Below are positions 37,694 to 50,918 of a DNA stretch of 64,000 nt, in pieces. How positions within the stretch are numbered: position 1 is the first letter of the stretch; each line of letters starts with the position of its first letter. Where the stretch lies: contig CAWJJC010000013.1 in the NCBI GenBank assembly GCA_963843145.1, forward strand, positions 10,874-74,873, written 5' to 3'. The DNA is from an uncultured delta proteobacterium (GTDB taxonomy: Bacteria; Desulfobacterota; RBG-13-43-22). Both the position numbers and the translations under genes were made by a program. The notes beneath the pieces were generated by a model, which saw nothing but the letters and a program-made list of their open reading frames with translations, had not been told where the DNA came from and made no database searches.

Positions 37694-40062
37694 TAGACCA
37701 GCGTCGCGACCGTAGCCCCGGCCCCGCCTTCCGCTTGGGCGCCGGGTCTGAATTCCTTGACCAGGGGATGGCCCTTTAAATGCTCCCGGACGGCCCGCTG
37801 CAGGATCCCTTCACCGAAACCATGCGCGATAATCACTTCGGTCAGACCGCCCAGGGAGGCCTGATTCAAAAAGGGTTCCAGTCGGGAAAGGGCCTCGTCC
37901 ACCCGCAGGCCGATCAGGTTCAGGCGGGCGGGCGGCGATTCCGGGGAGAGAGGCCGCGGCGAGGACTGGGCTTTTCGGGCCGGCTTGATCCCGGCCGGCG
38001 GGCTCACTTCCAGCAGCGGGACCTCGATTTCAAATCCCTCGGCCCGGACCTTGACCCGTTGTTGCTTTTTAAGGACGGAGACCACCTCGGCATCGTAACC
38101 CAGGGAAGAAATATATACCATCCGGCCTTCCTGGACCTCCTCCAGGGTCAGGGGCCGCCGGGGTTCCCGGCCGGAATACTGCTTTAGTTTTTCATGGACT
38201 TCCTCCTGGATTTTCCCCACTTCCTTGACGGCTTCCTTGCCCCGGCCCCGACCTTTTTCCCGAATTTCATCCATCAGGGCCTGCATTTGGCGGCGAATGG
38301 AAGTCAGGTAGTCCGAGGCCTCCTGAAAGGTCCTGGCTAAAATCTTTTTCTTTTCCTCTTCCAGGGCCTTTCGTTCCTCCTCCAGGGCCTGCTCTTTGGC
38401 GGCCAAAGTCGCTTCGCTCCGTTTGATCTCCAGTTGGGCCGTTTCGTATTGCTTTTTCTCCTCGCTCAAGTCAATGATCAAACGGTCCAACCGCACCTTC
38501 TGCTCACCCAATAGCCCCCGGGCCGAGGTGATAATCGAAGGGTCCAGGCCATAACGCTGCGCCACTTCGAGCGCGTGAGAAAGCCCGGGTTCCCCGGCCT
38601 TCAAACGGTAGAGCGGCGTCAGGGTCAGGGGATCGAAAGCCATGGCGGCATTGACCAGGCCTTCCGTATATTCAGCGAAGACCTTGATCCCGGCCAGATG
38701 GGTGGTGGCGATCACCAGGGCCCCCTGTTCCTGAAGTCGTTTCAGGATCGCGCAGGCCAGGGCCGCCCCTTCGTCCGGGTCGGTGCTGGTGCCCAGTTCG
38801 TCCAGCAAAACGATCGAACGTTGGTCGGCCTGACTCAGTATTTCCGACAGGCGGCGGATATGCGCCGAGAAGGTGGAAAGGCTGCTTTCGATGGACTGTT
38901 CGTCCCCCATATCCACCAGGAGTTTTTCAACCAGGGGAAAGCTGGAGGTATCCCGGGCCGGTACCGGCATCCCGGACAAGGCCATGAGGGTCAAGAGGCC
39001 CACGGTTTTGAGGGCCACCGTCTTGCCGCCGGCGTTGGAACCGGTGATGACCATGACCTTACCCTGCTCGCTTAGGCGGATATCCAGGGGCACCACCTCG
39101 GCCTTGGCGGCCTGCCGCTGAAAAGACAATTCCAGCAGCGGGTGGCGGCCCTGAACCACTTCGAAGAAACCCTCCTGGTTAATCCGCGGCGGTTCCATTC
39201 CTAAGCGGTCCGCCATCCGGGCCAGAGCTTGCAGCAGATCCAGGTCGATCAGGATTCGCAGTTCCACCTCCAGTTCCCGGGTGATCTCCCGAATCCGGGA
39301 GGAAAACTCCCGCAGGATGCGGTTTTCTTCCGCCTTCTCCTCGGCCGTCAGGTTTTCCAATTGGTTGGAGAGCTGAAGGATGGCGGTCGGTTCCACGAAG
39401 GCCGTCTCCCCGGACCGGGAAACGTCGTGGACCACGCCGGGGATCTGGAAGCGGGACTCCATCCGCACCGGAATGACCCAACGGCCGGAACGCTGGGTGA
39501 CGAAATCGTCCTGCAGCAGGTTGGCCAGGCTATGGTCCCGAATCAGGTCGGTGAGCTGTTTACGAATCCGGGCCTCCACCTGCCTGACCTGGGAGCGCAA
39601 ATCCGCCAGCAGGAATGAGGCCTGGTCGAGGATATGCCCTTCGTCGTCCAGGGAACGTCTGAGGGCTTGCCACAATTCCGGATGGCCGTTGAAACCCGCT
39701 ATCAGCTCGCGGAGATTCGGCAGGTCGGCTCGTTCCCTGATCTGCAGACCCAGGGCTTCGATCAGGCCCAGGACCGGCCCGAAGGCGGCCAACTCGATCG
39801 GCTCCAAAATGGCCCCTTGAGGACGAACCCGGACCAGAAAGGGCTGCAAATCGACAAAGGGGAACAGGGACAAAGGGACCCCCTCCCGATCTAAGCGGCG
39901 GATCTCCTCGATCCGGACCTGGCGCTGTTGAATGGCTTCTTGGCTTCCTAAAGGCTCTATGGACCGGATGGCCTTTCGGGAGGCCTCGCTGTGGGCCGCT
40001 TCGGCCGTTAGGATCAACAGTTTATGAAATTCTAATTGTTCGCGGGTGGCGACGGGGATCAT
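37693..40062 (-). CDS. mutS2: Endonuclease MutS2
   Basis: LEFHK start, GVVHD.SRSG.T, ITGSNAGGKT, LSTFSAH, LLDELG..TDPDEG, C-terminal Smr domain (HGFG.GIL). Confidence 0.95.
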   Translation of the reverse strand: MIPVATREQLEFHKLLILTAEAAHSEASRKAIRSIEPLGSQEAIQQRQVRIEEIRRLDREGVPLSLFPFVDLQPFLVRVRPQGAILEPIELAAFGPVLGLIEALGLQIRERADLPNLRELIAGFNGHPELWQALRRSLDDEGHILDQASFLLADLRSQVRQVEARIRKQLTDLIRDHSLANLLQDDFVTQRSGRWVIPVRMESRFQIPGVVHDVSRSGETAFVEPTAILQLSNQLENLTAEEKAEENRILREFSSRIREITRELEVELRILIDLDLLQALARMADRLGMEPPRINQEGFFEVVQGRHPLLELSFQRQAAKAEVVPLDIRLSEQGKVMVITGSNAGGKTVALKTVGLLTLMALSGMPVPARDTSSFPLVEKLLVDMGDEQSIESSLSTFSAHIRRLSEILSQADQRSIVLLDELGTSTDPDEGAALACAILKRLQEQGALVIATTHLAGIKVFAEYTEGLVNAAMAFDPLTLTPLYRLKAGEPGLSHALEVAQRYGLDPSIITSARGLLGEQKVRLDRLIIDLSEEKKQYETAQLEIKRSEATLAAKEQALEEERKALEEEKKKILARTFQEASDYLTSIRRQMQALMDEIREKGRGRGKEAVKEVGKIQEEVHEKLKQYSGREPRRPLTLEEVQEGRMVYISSLGYDAEVVSVLKKQQRVKVRAEGFEIEVPLLEVSPPAGIKPARKAQSSPRPLSPESPPARLNLIGLRVDEALSRLEPFLNQASLGGLTEVIIAHGFGEGILQRAVREHLKGHPLVKEFRPGAQAEGGAGATVATLV

Positions 40063-40967
40063 GACTGGGTCGAACCTCCTAACAGGCGCAGGGGGACAAT
40101 CAGGGTAAAAAAAGGCAGCAGGTACATTACCGACAGGGTCGCGGCCAGGGGTCCGAAAAAACGGGCGGAGAAAACCACCACCAGGATATTATTGACATAA
40201 GCCAGGGAGACCGTCTGGGCCAGACGCACCTCCGTCGGCTGGCTCCTGAAGACAACCCAGCCGACTCCATGAAATATCAGGGCCAGCAGGTAGGCGACCA
40301 GGGTGGCGTTCAGGATTTCCAGGGGACGCTCCCAGAAGAAACCCTGGTAGCGGGAAAAGATCGCCAGATTAATACAGGCAAAGCAGAAGAGCGACAAAGG
40401 ATAGCGGACGGCAGTAAGCCTTTCCAAAAATCGGGGGCAGATCCTCCGCAGGACGGTCGCCAAAAGGGCCGGGAAAAAAATGACCAAGGCCAGGACTTGA
40501 AACATGGCTCCGAAGGAAATCTGCATTTCCGCTCCCGATAAAAATCGGACCAATAAGGGGAGGGAAAAGGGGAGGAAGAGGGAGGTCAGTACCACCAGGC
40601 CCAGCACCAGGGTGGTTTGCGCCCCCACCAGTCCGGAGATAAAGGGGGCCGTCACCCCGGTGGAAACGCCGCTCAGCAGCAGGACCGGAAGGGCGTATTC
40701 CGGCCAGAGCCAATCGAACAGAAAATAAAGAACGATCGGCAAAGCCAGGAGTTTGATGATCCCCAAAATGAATAAATGGAAGCCGTGTTTTTTCCAGGAA
40801 GTCCAGACTTCGTCCATTTTCAACTGCAGGAAACTCAGGAAAAGGAGAAATATCAGGAAATAGGTCAGTCCGGAGGTCAGGGGTCTCCCCAGGGCAGGCC
40901 AGGAAAGGCCCAGGCCCATGGAGCCGAAAATCGTTATCAAAAGGATTAAATCCTTCAAGCCAAACAT
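40059..40967 (-). CDS. Bile acid:sodium symporter family protein
   Basis: About 10 TM helices with BASS-like STG..AP segment. Confidence 0.7.
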   Translation of the reverse strand: MFGLKDLILLITIFGSMGLGLSWPALGRPLTSGLTYFLIFLLFLSFLQLKMDEVWTSWKKHGFHLFILGIIKLLALPIVLYFLFDWLWPEYALPVLLLSGVSTGVTAPFISGLVGAQTTLVLGLVVLTSLFLPFSLPLLVRFLSGAEMQISFGAMFQVLALVIFFPALLATVLRRICPRFLERLTAVRYPLSLFCFACINLAIFSRYQGFFWERPLEILNATLVAYLLALIFHGVGWVVFRSQPTEVRLAQTVSLAYVNNILVVVFSARFFGPLAATLSVMYLLPFFTLIVPLRLLGGSTQS

Positions 40968-41156
40968 TTCGGAAAAAGTATAGGGTGGGGCTGCTTATCC
41001 TGTCAAACAAAAAGCCTGAAAACTCCTCCTGAAAACTTCTATTGATCTGTGCCGGGTTTTGCATTATGATCCCTCTCTAAAAACCACCCCGCACGTTTTT
41101 CCTCTTTGGAGGAAATCTTTAACGATATTCCTACAACTCGAAAAAGGAGACCCGTC

Positions 41157-42899
41157 ATGGAAGAACAGCTTTGGCACAAGTTTAAATGGCCCGCGGAGGT
41201 CCCCCATTTCCTGACCTACGAACCCCAGCCGCTCTTCAAGATTCTTGAAGAAACAGCCCAAAAATATCCTAACCGCACCTACACCATCTTTGCCGATCAC
41301 GAACAGACCTACCGGCAAATCCTGGACATGGCCGACCGGGTGTCCACTTTTCTGGTCCGGAAAGGCATCCAGCGGGGCGATCGGGTGGCCCTCTTCCTGC
41401 CCAATGTCCCCCATTTCCCGGTGACCTTTTTCGGAGCCCTCAAATCCGGGGCGGTCGGTGTCACCTGCAACCCCCTGTATAAGGCCAACGAACTGAACTT
41501 TCAGTTGAAAGATTGCGGGGCTAAGGCCCTGTTCGTCCTGGATCATCCGGTCATCTATCCCACGGCCCTGGAGGCCCTGAAAGGGACCGACGTCCAAACG
41601 GTCGTGGTTTGCTCCGTCAAGGATTTTCTCCCTCCCCTCAAAGCCGTCCTGGGCGGGCTGCTGGGAAAGATTCCCAAGGCCCCGGCCCTGGATCCAAAAC
41701 ACCTCCTTTTTAAGGAGGTGTTGAAGACCCCGCCTTCCCCTCCCAAGCTGGACATTGATCCTGTGGAGGACCTGGCCCTGATCCTTTACACCGGCGGCAC
41801 CACGGGGGTTCCCAAGGGGGCCTCCTTAACCCATAACAACATTTACTCCAACCTGAGGATGATCGAGGAGTGGGCCCGGTTGGAACCCAAGGAAGGCGGG
41901 CCGAGCATCAAGGTCTCCGAGACCGAACAGACCTACATGGGGGTTTTACCCTGGTACCATTCCTATGGCTTGACCCTGACCCTGATGTCGTGTTGCCTGA
42001 GCGGCTTCCGGGTCGTCTGTGTACCCGACCCCCGGGCCGGGAACCCGCCCTTCACCGAGGTCCTGAAGCTGATCCAAAAATACAAGGTTACCATCCTGCA
42101 TGGGGTCCCGACCCTCTACAGCGCCATTATCAATCATCCCCTGATCAAGCAGTTCGATCTCAGCTCGATCATTTATTGTTCTTCCGGGGCGGCGCCCCTG
42201 CCCCTGGAGGTGGCCAAACAATTTGAGGAACTGACTAAGGGGGGACTCCTGGTGGAAGGCTACGGTCTGAGCGAGACCTCCCCGGTGACTCACACTAACC
42301 CGACCAACCGTCGGGGACGTAAATTCGGGACCATCGGCCTGCCTCTGCCGGACACGATGGTCAAAATTATCGACGTGGAGACCGGGGACCAGGAAATGCC
42401 CCGGGGAGAGGACGGGGAAATCGCCCTGAGCGGACCCCAGGTGATGAAAGGCTATTGGAACAAACCGCAGGAAAATGAAAAAGTATTTCGGATGATCGAC
42501 GGCCGCCGTTATTTCCTGACCGGGGACATCGGACACCTGGACGAGGAAGGCTTCACGGTCATTACCGACCGCAAGAAAGACATGATCATCGTCGGCGGCA
42601 TGAAGGCTTTCCCCCGGGAGGTGGAAGAAGTCCTCTATGAGCATCCCAAAGTAGCCAATGCCGCCGTCATCGGCATCCCCGACGCCCGCAGCGGGGAATC
42701 CGTCAAGGCCTTTGTCCAGCTTAAGGCCGGGGAGACGGCCACCGAGGAAGAGATTATCGAATTCTGTCGCGACCGGATGGCGGCCTACAAACGACCCCAC
42801 GCCGTGGAGTTCCGCGAGGCCCTGCCCATGACGCCGGTAGGCAAGATCTTACGGCGGGTCTTGAAGGACGAGGAGAAGCAGAAAAGGCAGGCGAAATAA
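41157..42899 (+). CDS. fadD: Long-chain fatty acid-CoA ligase
   Basis: YTGGTTGVPKG, EGYGLSE, TGDIG, DRKKDMII, GKILRR. Confidence 0.92.
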   Translation: MEEQLWHKFKWPAEVPHFLTYEPQPLFKILEETAQKYPNRTYTIFADHEQTYRQILDMADRVSTFLVRKGIQRGDRVALFLPNVPHFPVTFFGALKSGAVGVTCNPLYKANELNFQLKDCGAKALFVLDHPVIYPTALEALKGTDVQTVVVCSVKDFLPPLKAVLGGLLGKIPKAPALDPKHLLFKEVLKTPPSPPKLDIDPVEDLALILYTGGTTGVPKGASLTHNNIYSNLRMIEEWARLEPKEGGPSIKVSETEQTYMGVLPWYHSYGLTLTLMSCCLSGFRVVCVPDPRAGNPPFTEVLKLIQKYKVTILHGVPTLYSAIINHPLIKQFDLSSIIYCSSGAAPLPLEVAKQFEELTKGGLLVEGYGLSETSPVTHTNPTNRRGRKFGTIGLPLPDTMVKIIDVETGDQEMPRGEDGEIALSGPQVMKGYWNKPQENEKVFRMIDGRRYFLTGDIGHLDEEGFTVITDRKKDMIIVGGMKAFPREVEEVLYEHPKVANAAVIGIPDARSGESVKAFVQLKAGETATEEEIIEFCRDRMAAYKRPHAVEFREALPMTPVGKILRRVLKDEEKQKRQAK

Positions 42900-42923
42900 T
42901 CTTAAGGAATCCATTTTATCGGA

Positions 42924-42982
42924 TTCCTAACGTACCGGTTCAGCGACGGCGGTAAGCCGGCCGCTGGAACCGGTAGCTAGCC
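42924..42982 (-). other. attC-like integron recombination site
   Basis: Minus strand GGCTAGC-5-GTTCCAGC...GCTGAAC-6-GTTAGGA with an extrahelical C; R'' reads TAGC instead of TAAC. Confidence 0.6.
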
Positions 42983-43034
42983 GACCGTTTTTTCGCCACC
43001 CGGTCAGAAGCCCTCGAAGACCTTTAGGCTGCAA

Positions 43035-45726
<2,692 letters not shown>

Positions 45727-45744
45727 TACGACTAAAAGAATTAT

Positions 45745-45799
45745 TTATTGAGAATTATTATTTCTAAAAATAGTTTATCGAAAAGGGTCCGGTTGTCAA
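45745..45799 (-). promoter_or_regulatory. Promoter with Fur/Per-box-like site
   Basis: Minus strand TTGACA then TAAACT, followed by TTAGAAATAATAATTCTCAA. Confidence 0.55.
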
Positions 45800-45856
45800 G
45801 AAAAATTCTTTCACCCAATGCAGGCAAACCTCCCGGGCTGAATGGTCTCAGGACAG

Positions 45857-46633
45857 CTATCCCATCCGGTGTTGTTTGAGGACCTCCCCCAGCCGCTCCC
45901 CTTTTTCATTGTATTTCTGATAGTGATCCAACGTCCGGTCCAGGGTCTTCAGCAAATCCTCTTCGGAACAAATCCCGGCCAATTCTTCCCCCAATTGCGG
46001 ATGCCGTCCCAACTTGCCCCCCACCAGAACGCGGTAACCCTTTTCCCCTTCCGCCAGGGTCCCGGTCGGGCACACCTTGAGGCATTGGCCGCAGGAGAGG
46101 CAGCGGTCCGGATCGATCAGCGGCAGGTTCAGGGTTTCATCCAAAACGATTGCCTTCTCCTGACAGGCTTCGATACAGGCCCCGCAAAGCGTGCAGGGCT
46201 CGTCGCCGATCCTCGGACGGAGTGCCCCGATAATCCCGAAGTCCACGATCTGGGGCCGGGAGCAGGCGTTGGGACAGGCGGACAGGGAAACGCGGAATTC
46301 GTGGTGCATCTTTAAAGGGCCCTGGACTTTCTCTTTCAGAAAGCCTCTCAGGTTCCGCTGCTCCAGTTTTTCTTCCAGTTTCTGAACCAGTTCCGGATCG
46401 ACGACCAACGCGTTCGGGCAGCCCGTGGGGCCGAAGCAGGCCTCAACCTGATACCCCTTGACCTCCCGATCCATGTTCTGGAGAAAACGCTGCTGGCAGG
46501 TCTTGACCAGATCCAGGGTTACCACCGGGTTGCCCTGCCGTTCGGCCTCTTCCTCAACCCGTTTTTTAACCCTTTTGCGAATAAAAAAGGGGACTTTGGA
46601 AACAGCCCCCTCGGCTTCAGCGGTCCATTTCAT
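45857..46633 (-). CDS. PCP_red domain + nitrite/sulfite reductase-like 4Fe-4S protein
   Basis: MKWTAEAE..VSKVPFFIR, CFGPTGC, ACPNACS, two CxxCxxCxxxC ferredoxin motifs, GGKLGRHP. Confidence 0.8.
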   Translation of the reverse strand: MKWTAEAEGAVSKVPFFIRKRVKKRVEEEAERQGNPVVTLDLVKTCQQRFLQNMDREVKGYQVEACFGPTGCPNALVVDPELVQKLEEKLEQRNLRGFLKEKVQGPLKMHHEFRVSLSACPNACSRPQIVDFGIIGALRPRIGDEPCTLCGACIEACQEKAIVLDETLNLPLIDPDRCLSCGQCLKVCPTGTLAEGEKGYRVLVGGKLGRHPQLGEELAGICSEEDLLKTLDRTLDHYQKYNEKGERLGEVLKQHRMG

Positions 46634-46762
46634 GGATACCCCCCCTTGAAGGGAGATGGAAGAGGGAAGATGGGAGCGGGAAGCAAGGACCCTTTGCAGA
46701 CAGTTTGCGGCCTGCCGGTCCATGGAACGACCAGGCGGCTCCCGATTCCATCAGCCTTCTTG

Positions 46763-47137
46763 CTATTTCCTCCGTTTTTTCACGGCCTCCGGCGTCACTG
46801 CCGATCCCTTGTTGGACCAGCCTTGGCGGATGTAGGTGACCAGGGAGGCTATTTGTTGGTCATTAAACGAATCCTTCCAGGTCGGCATCTGCCCCAGCGT
46901 GCCCTTTCTCCCCTGGAGCACCGTATCAATCACCCGGGCAGGGTCGCCGACCACAAACGGGTTCTTATCCAGGGCCGGGAATTTGTTCGGCAGCCCCTGA
47001 CCGTTCACCCGGTGGCAGTCGGCGCAGGTATTTTCGAAAAGCTTCTTACCCTCTTTGAACAAGGCCTCAGGCCCCTGAGCCAGGACCTGAGGCGCCATCC
47101 CGAGGGCCAGCAGGCCCACAATTAAAACGATTCGCAT
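46763..47137 (-). CDS. Monoheme cytochrome c
   Basis: Signal peptide, CADCH, MP, TYIRQGWSN. Confidence 0.88.
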   Translation of the reverse strand: MRIVLIVGLLALGMAPQVLAQGPEALFKEGKKLFENTCADCHRVNGQGLPNKFPALDKNPFVVGDPARVIDTVLQGRKGTLGQMPTWKDSFNDQQIASLVTYIRQGWSNKGSAVTPEAVKKRRK

Positions 47138-47141
47138 AGGA

Positions 47142-47309
47142 TCATCTCGCTTTGGCGGCCGCCGTGGGCAGACCGGAAAATTTGACCGGGGTAATCATCT
47201 CTTGGGTACCAAAGGGATCCTTGAATTCAAACTCCGGTCGGAATTTGAGCTTCTTGACGCCCCGGTTTTCAATGTATTTGGCCATTTCCAGATTGAGGGG
47301 GCAAGGCGC
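47142..47309 (-). pseudogene. Possible C-terminal remnant of an octaheme cytochrome c nitrite reductase
   Basis: Start-less frame LNLEMAKYIENRGVKKLKFRPEFEFKDPFG; resembles, from memory, the TvNiR-type C-terminus. Confidence 0.45.
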
Positions 47310-47478
47310 ATGGGGTCCTCCCGTTTAAATGGTTGTTTAGGATTGATCCCTTGAAGCCTAATTTTTAAATGATGCCCTTAATACTCAAAAACATAAATAA
47401 GGTGAATGGGGTATTTTTTGATAAAAATGGCGGTATTTTTATTGCCGCCCTGTTGCCAATTTCCCCCCTGTTCGGGGT

Positions 47479-47494
47479 GGGCACCTGCGTAGCA
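47479..47494 (+). promoter_or_regulatory. Sigma54-like promoter
   Basis: GGGCAC-CTGCG-TAGCA matches the -24/-12 spacing of TGGCAC-N5-TTGCA. Confidence 0.35.
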
Positions 47495-47804
47495 AGAAAA
47501 TAACCTTGCCAAGTGCCAGTTATTAAGCCTTTAGTTAGATACAAAGACATTCCGGCGCAAGCCGAACGCCAAGGCTCAGTAAAGCTATTGCCTGCTGAAC
47601 CCTCATACCTGGGGGCAGGCATCCCGAAGCATCGAGAATCAAGGGGTAGACATAATCCTAACTGATTAACATTAATAAACGATTATTATAAATGCCCGGT
47701 GGCACCAATTCTATTTTCGTATTAAGCTATTGGTGTAAATTCGAAGGGTGTAGCAAGGTGGGGGATTTTTCTCAGGGCTGCCTTGGGGCTGGACATCACC
47801 CTTC

Positions 47805-49796
47805 TCAAGGCATGACCGCTTCCAGCGCCGCCTTCAGATCCGCCATCGAGTAGGGTTTGGTTAAAAAGACCTGGGGCTTCTCGGCGGGAGCCCCTTCCAT
47901 GGCTTGGGCCTGGCTGTAGCCGCTGGCCAGGATCACCGGCAAATCCGGCCGCAGGGCCCGGAGGGCCGTCAAGGTCTGCCAGCCGTCGAGGCGCGGCATG
48001 GTGAGGTCGAGGAGCACGCAGCCGATCCGGTCCTGATGCCGGCGAAACACCTCCAAGGCCTCGATGCCATCGACCGCCGTCACTTCCTCATAGCCCAGTC
48101 GCCGGAGCAACGCCTGGTCCATTTTACGAACCGAGGCTTCATCTTCCACCACCAACACCCATCCTCGGCCGGGTTGAGGGGCGGTAGGGATAGCCTCCTC
48201 TTCCCGGGCCGGGAGTAGTGCCTGATCGGGCAGAGGCAGGAATACCCGAAAGGTGGTGCCTCGGCCGGCCTTGGTCTCCACGGCCAAGGCTCCCTCCTGG
48301 GCCCCGGCCAAACCCAACACCACGGCTAGTCCCAAGCCCCGGCCGGTCAATTTAGTAGTGAAAAAGGGATCAAAAATCTTTTCCAGAATCGACGAATCCA
48401 TTCCGCCGCCCTCATCAGAAACCGAAAGGCAGAGGTAGGACTCTTCCCGCGGTTCCCAGTTTACCGGGAAAAATCGTAAGAGGCGAATCTCCGCCGCCGG
48501 GATTACGGAGACGGATACGGCAACCTCTCCCACCCGGTCGCCCATGGCCTCCCCGGCATTCACCACCAAGTTAGTCAGGATTTGCCGGAGATGCAGCGCA
48601 TCGGCCCGGATGATAAGCTTCGGGACGGAAGAATCAGTCTTCAGTCGCACCTCTTTCGGCAGGGAGGCGCTCAATAGCGGCTGGGCTTCTCTCAAGACCT
48701 GGACCACGTCCAGCGGCTCCCTCCGGACAAGGGTTTTGCCCAAATAGGCGAGCATCAGAGCACTGACCTCGGCCGCCCGACGGGAGGCCTTCAAGGCCTC
48801 CTCCAGGTTATCGCGAGTGGACGATGCCGAGGGCAGATCCCAAAGAGCCATCTCCAGATTCCCGATCACCACTCCGAGCAGGTTATTGAAATGATGGGCA
48901 ATCGCCCCGGCCATCCGCCCCAGGCTCTCCGACTTCTCCATCTGCTGAAGGCGGCGTTCCATCTCCAATCGCTCCCGCTCCAAACGTTTAGGCTCAGTGA
49001 TATCCGTGGCGATATGAATGACCTTCTTGAGGTGGCCGTCGGCATCGGATATCGGGGTGCAGGAGACCAAATAAATGCCGCCTAGTGCTTCCGCCTCCAT
49101 TTCGACCGTCTCCGGGGAACCTGAAGTCATCATTTTTTGAAACGGACACCCGCTGGGGGGGTGATCGCTGCGGTGAAAGACCTCGTAGCAGGGTTTTCCC
49201 CGGAGGATTTCCAACGGCTGTCCGGTGGCTTTCTGCACGGCCAGGTTGGCGGCGATAATTTTAGATTGGGGATCGAGGATCAACACAGGCTGCCCGATGG
49301 CCTGGAAGATGGTATCCCACTCAACCAGAGTACCATTACGCGCCTCTTCCGCCCGCTTCCGAGCCGTGACATCACGGGAAAACCCGAAAATCCCGATAAG
49401 CTTTTCTTCCTGGTCGCGAAGACCTTTGACGGCTGTTTCCAAAACCCGGAGGGAACCGTCCTTGTGGAGATAACCTAATTCCAAAGTGATGACGCGATAA
49501 GGGTCGACGGAAGAGTCCTGTTCCCGATCGATCTCCGGGGACAGCGTATCAGCGGCCAATTTGAAGGATTCGGGAGCAAGCCGCTCCTGGATAGGCTGCC
49601 CCATTCGTTCTTCGGGGGTGTACCCCAGGACTTTCTCTATCGACGGACTCACATAGGTCAGTTGCAGGCTGAGATCCGTGGTAAAGACAATATCTTCCAT
49701 GTTCTCTACGAGTAACCGATAATTCACTGGGGAGCAGTCCACTCCCTCCCCCGCTTGCTTTCCGGTTTTTGGCTGTTTCAACCCTTGGACCTCCAT
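47805..49796 (-). CDS. Hybrid PAS-PAS sensor histidine kinase/response regulator
   Basis: Two PAS domains, AHHFNNLL H-box, NAGEAM, FDPFFTTK, GRGLGL, receiver LLDLTMP. Confidence 0.92.
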   Translation of the reverse strand: MEVQGLKQPKTGKQAGEGVDCSPVNYRLLVENMEDIVFTTDLSLQLTYVSPSIEKVLGYTPEERMGQPIQERLAPESFKLAADTLSPEIDREQDSSVDPYRVITLELGYLHKDGSLRVLETAVKGLRDQEEKLIGIFGFSRDVTARKRAEEARNGTLVEWDTIFQAIGQPVLILDPQSKIIAANLAVQKATGQPLEILRGKPCYEVFHRSDHPPSGCPFQKMMTSGSPETVEMEAEALGGIYLVSCTPISDADGHLKKVIHIATDITEPKRLERERLEMERRLQQMEKSESLGRMAGAIAHHFNNLLGVVIGNLEMALWDLPSASSTRDNLEEALKASRRAAEVSALMLAYLGKTLVRREPLDVVQVLREAQPLLSASLPKEVRLKTDSSVPKLIIRADALHLRQILTNLVVNAGEAMGDRVGEVAVSVSVIPAAEIRLLRFFPVNWEPREESYLCLSVSDEGGGMDSSILEKIFDPFFTTKLTGRGLGLAVVLGLAGAQEGALAVETKAGRGTTFRVFLPLPDQALLPAREEEAIPTAPQPGRGWVLVVEDEASVRKMDQALLRRLGYEEVTAVDGIEALEVFRRHQDRIGCVLLDLTMPRLDGWQTLTALRALRPDLPVILASGYSQAQAMEGAPAEKPQVFLTKPYSMADLKAALEAVMP

Positions 49797-50229
49797 AACG
49801 AAGTTAGTTTTCCTTGCAGAGAGGGCGCCATTTCCAAAAGGTACCGATAATAACCAGCCTACCTGGAATCTTCATCTCGTTATTTTCCGATACTCAGTGG
49901 AGATATACCGGATCAGACATAAGCTAAAGTCTTCCTCCCCTGAGAGGGGAAATGGGAATAGATTCTGTAGAAAAAGAAGGAAGACTGAAGTTCGGATACT
50001 CCGGAAAATTCTATTTGTCAAGACAATACTGGGGGACTCGCAAGTAGTCCGTCAACAGCCCGAGCGCGAATAAGCGCCGGGCTGGGGTAGGGGTGGAACA
50101 ATTGGAAATCACTTCAAAAGTCCACAGAGAGGTCGTTGCCAGGAGTGAAGCGACGAAGCAATCCAACAAAATCATTTACTTATCAATTATTATTCAATGC
50201 CTTTTTCTCACAACTTACCCACCCTAAGT

Positions 50230-50615
50230 CCCACCGGAAAGTCCTTGAGAAGGAATCGATTCTGACCAGCTCCCGCAGGCAATTGAGGCCGCCCATACCC
50301 GGCATTCCCCAATCGAGGAGGACCAGGTCAATTTTCCCCGAGCGGGTTTGAAGATATTCCAGCGCCGCCTCGCCGCAGTCGGCGGCGAAAACCTGATACC
50401 CGTGGCGCTGCAGGATCTGGACGGAGATCCAGATCGATCATTTTCGGGATGGTCCGCCTCAACACTTTTCCCGCTTCCAGAATTTCCTGATTCAGGTCGA
50501 GGGGGCGTCGGTTCCCTTCCACCTTGCGGCTGAAGGTCAGCAATTGACGAATAAGCTGGGCCGCCCGCTGAACGGCTTTTTGAATCCCCAGCAGCTCCTG
50601 ATGCCCGGGGTCTCT
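50230..50615 (-). pseudogene. Hybrid histidine kinase remnant with internal deletion
   Basis: RAAQLIRQLLTFSRK...RRTIPKMI joined out of frame to receiver GYQV..A..GEAAL...DLVLLDWGMPGMGG; HATPase domain missing. Confidence 0.75.
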
Positions 50616-50658
50616 TGCGGATTTATCCCAAAGAAGCAATTGAGCATTTGTTTTTGCC

Positions 50659-50759
50659 GTCATGCCGGACGCGATCCGGCATCCAGTCCTTTGAGGCTTA
50701 GGTGAGGCCTGGATTCCGGATCGCGTCACGCCTTAGGCGTGACTTGTCCGGAATGACGA
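50659..50759. repeat. Palindromic REP/MITE-like element, family A copy 2
   Basis: Reverse complement matches 6615-6670. Confidence 0.8.
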
Positions 50760-50918
50760 GCTGACTCGACCTGTTTAAAGCTTATTTTCATGCTTCGGGG
50801 TGCCCGCCCCGGGCCTGGGGGTTTAGTACGAAAATAGCCTCTTTGACCTGCTACCTGGCCAATAATCAATAATTAATTGATAATTAACAATTGGCTATTG
50901 ATTATTAAAATCATCTGG

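Noticed and set aside
47520-47680. c-di-GMP/GEMM riboswitch
   Set aside because: The conserved GEMM order of motifs is absent on both strands; kept only as a generic sRNA candidate
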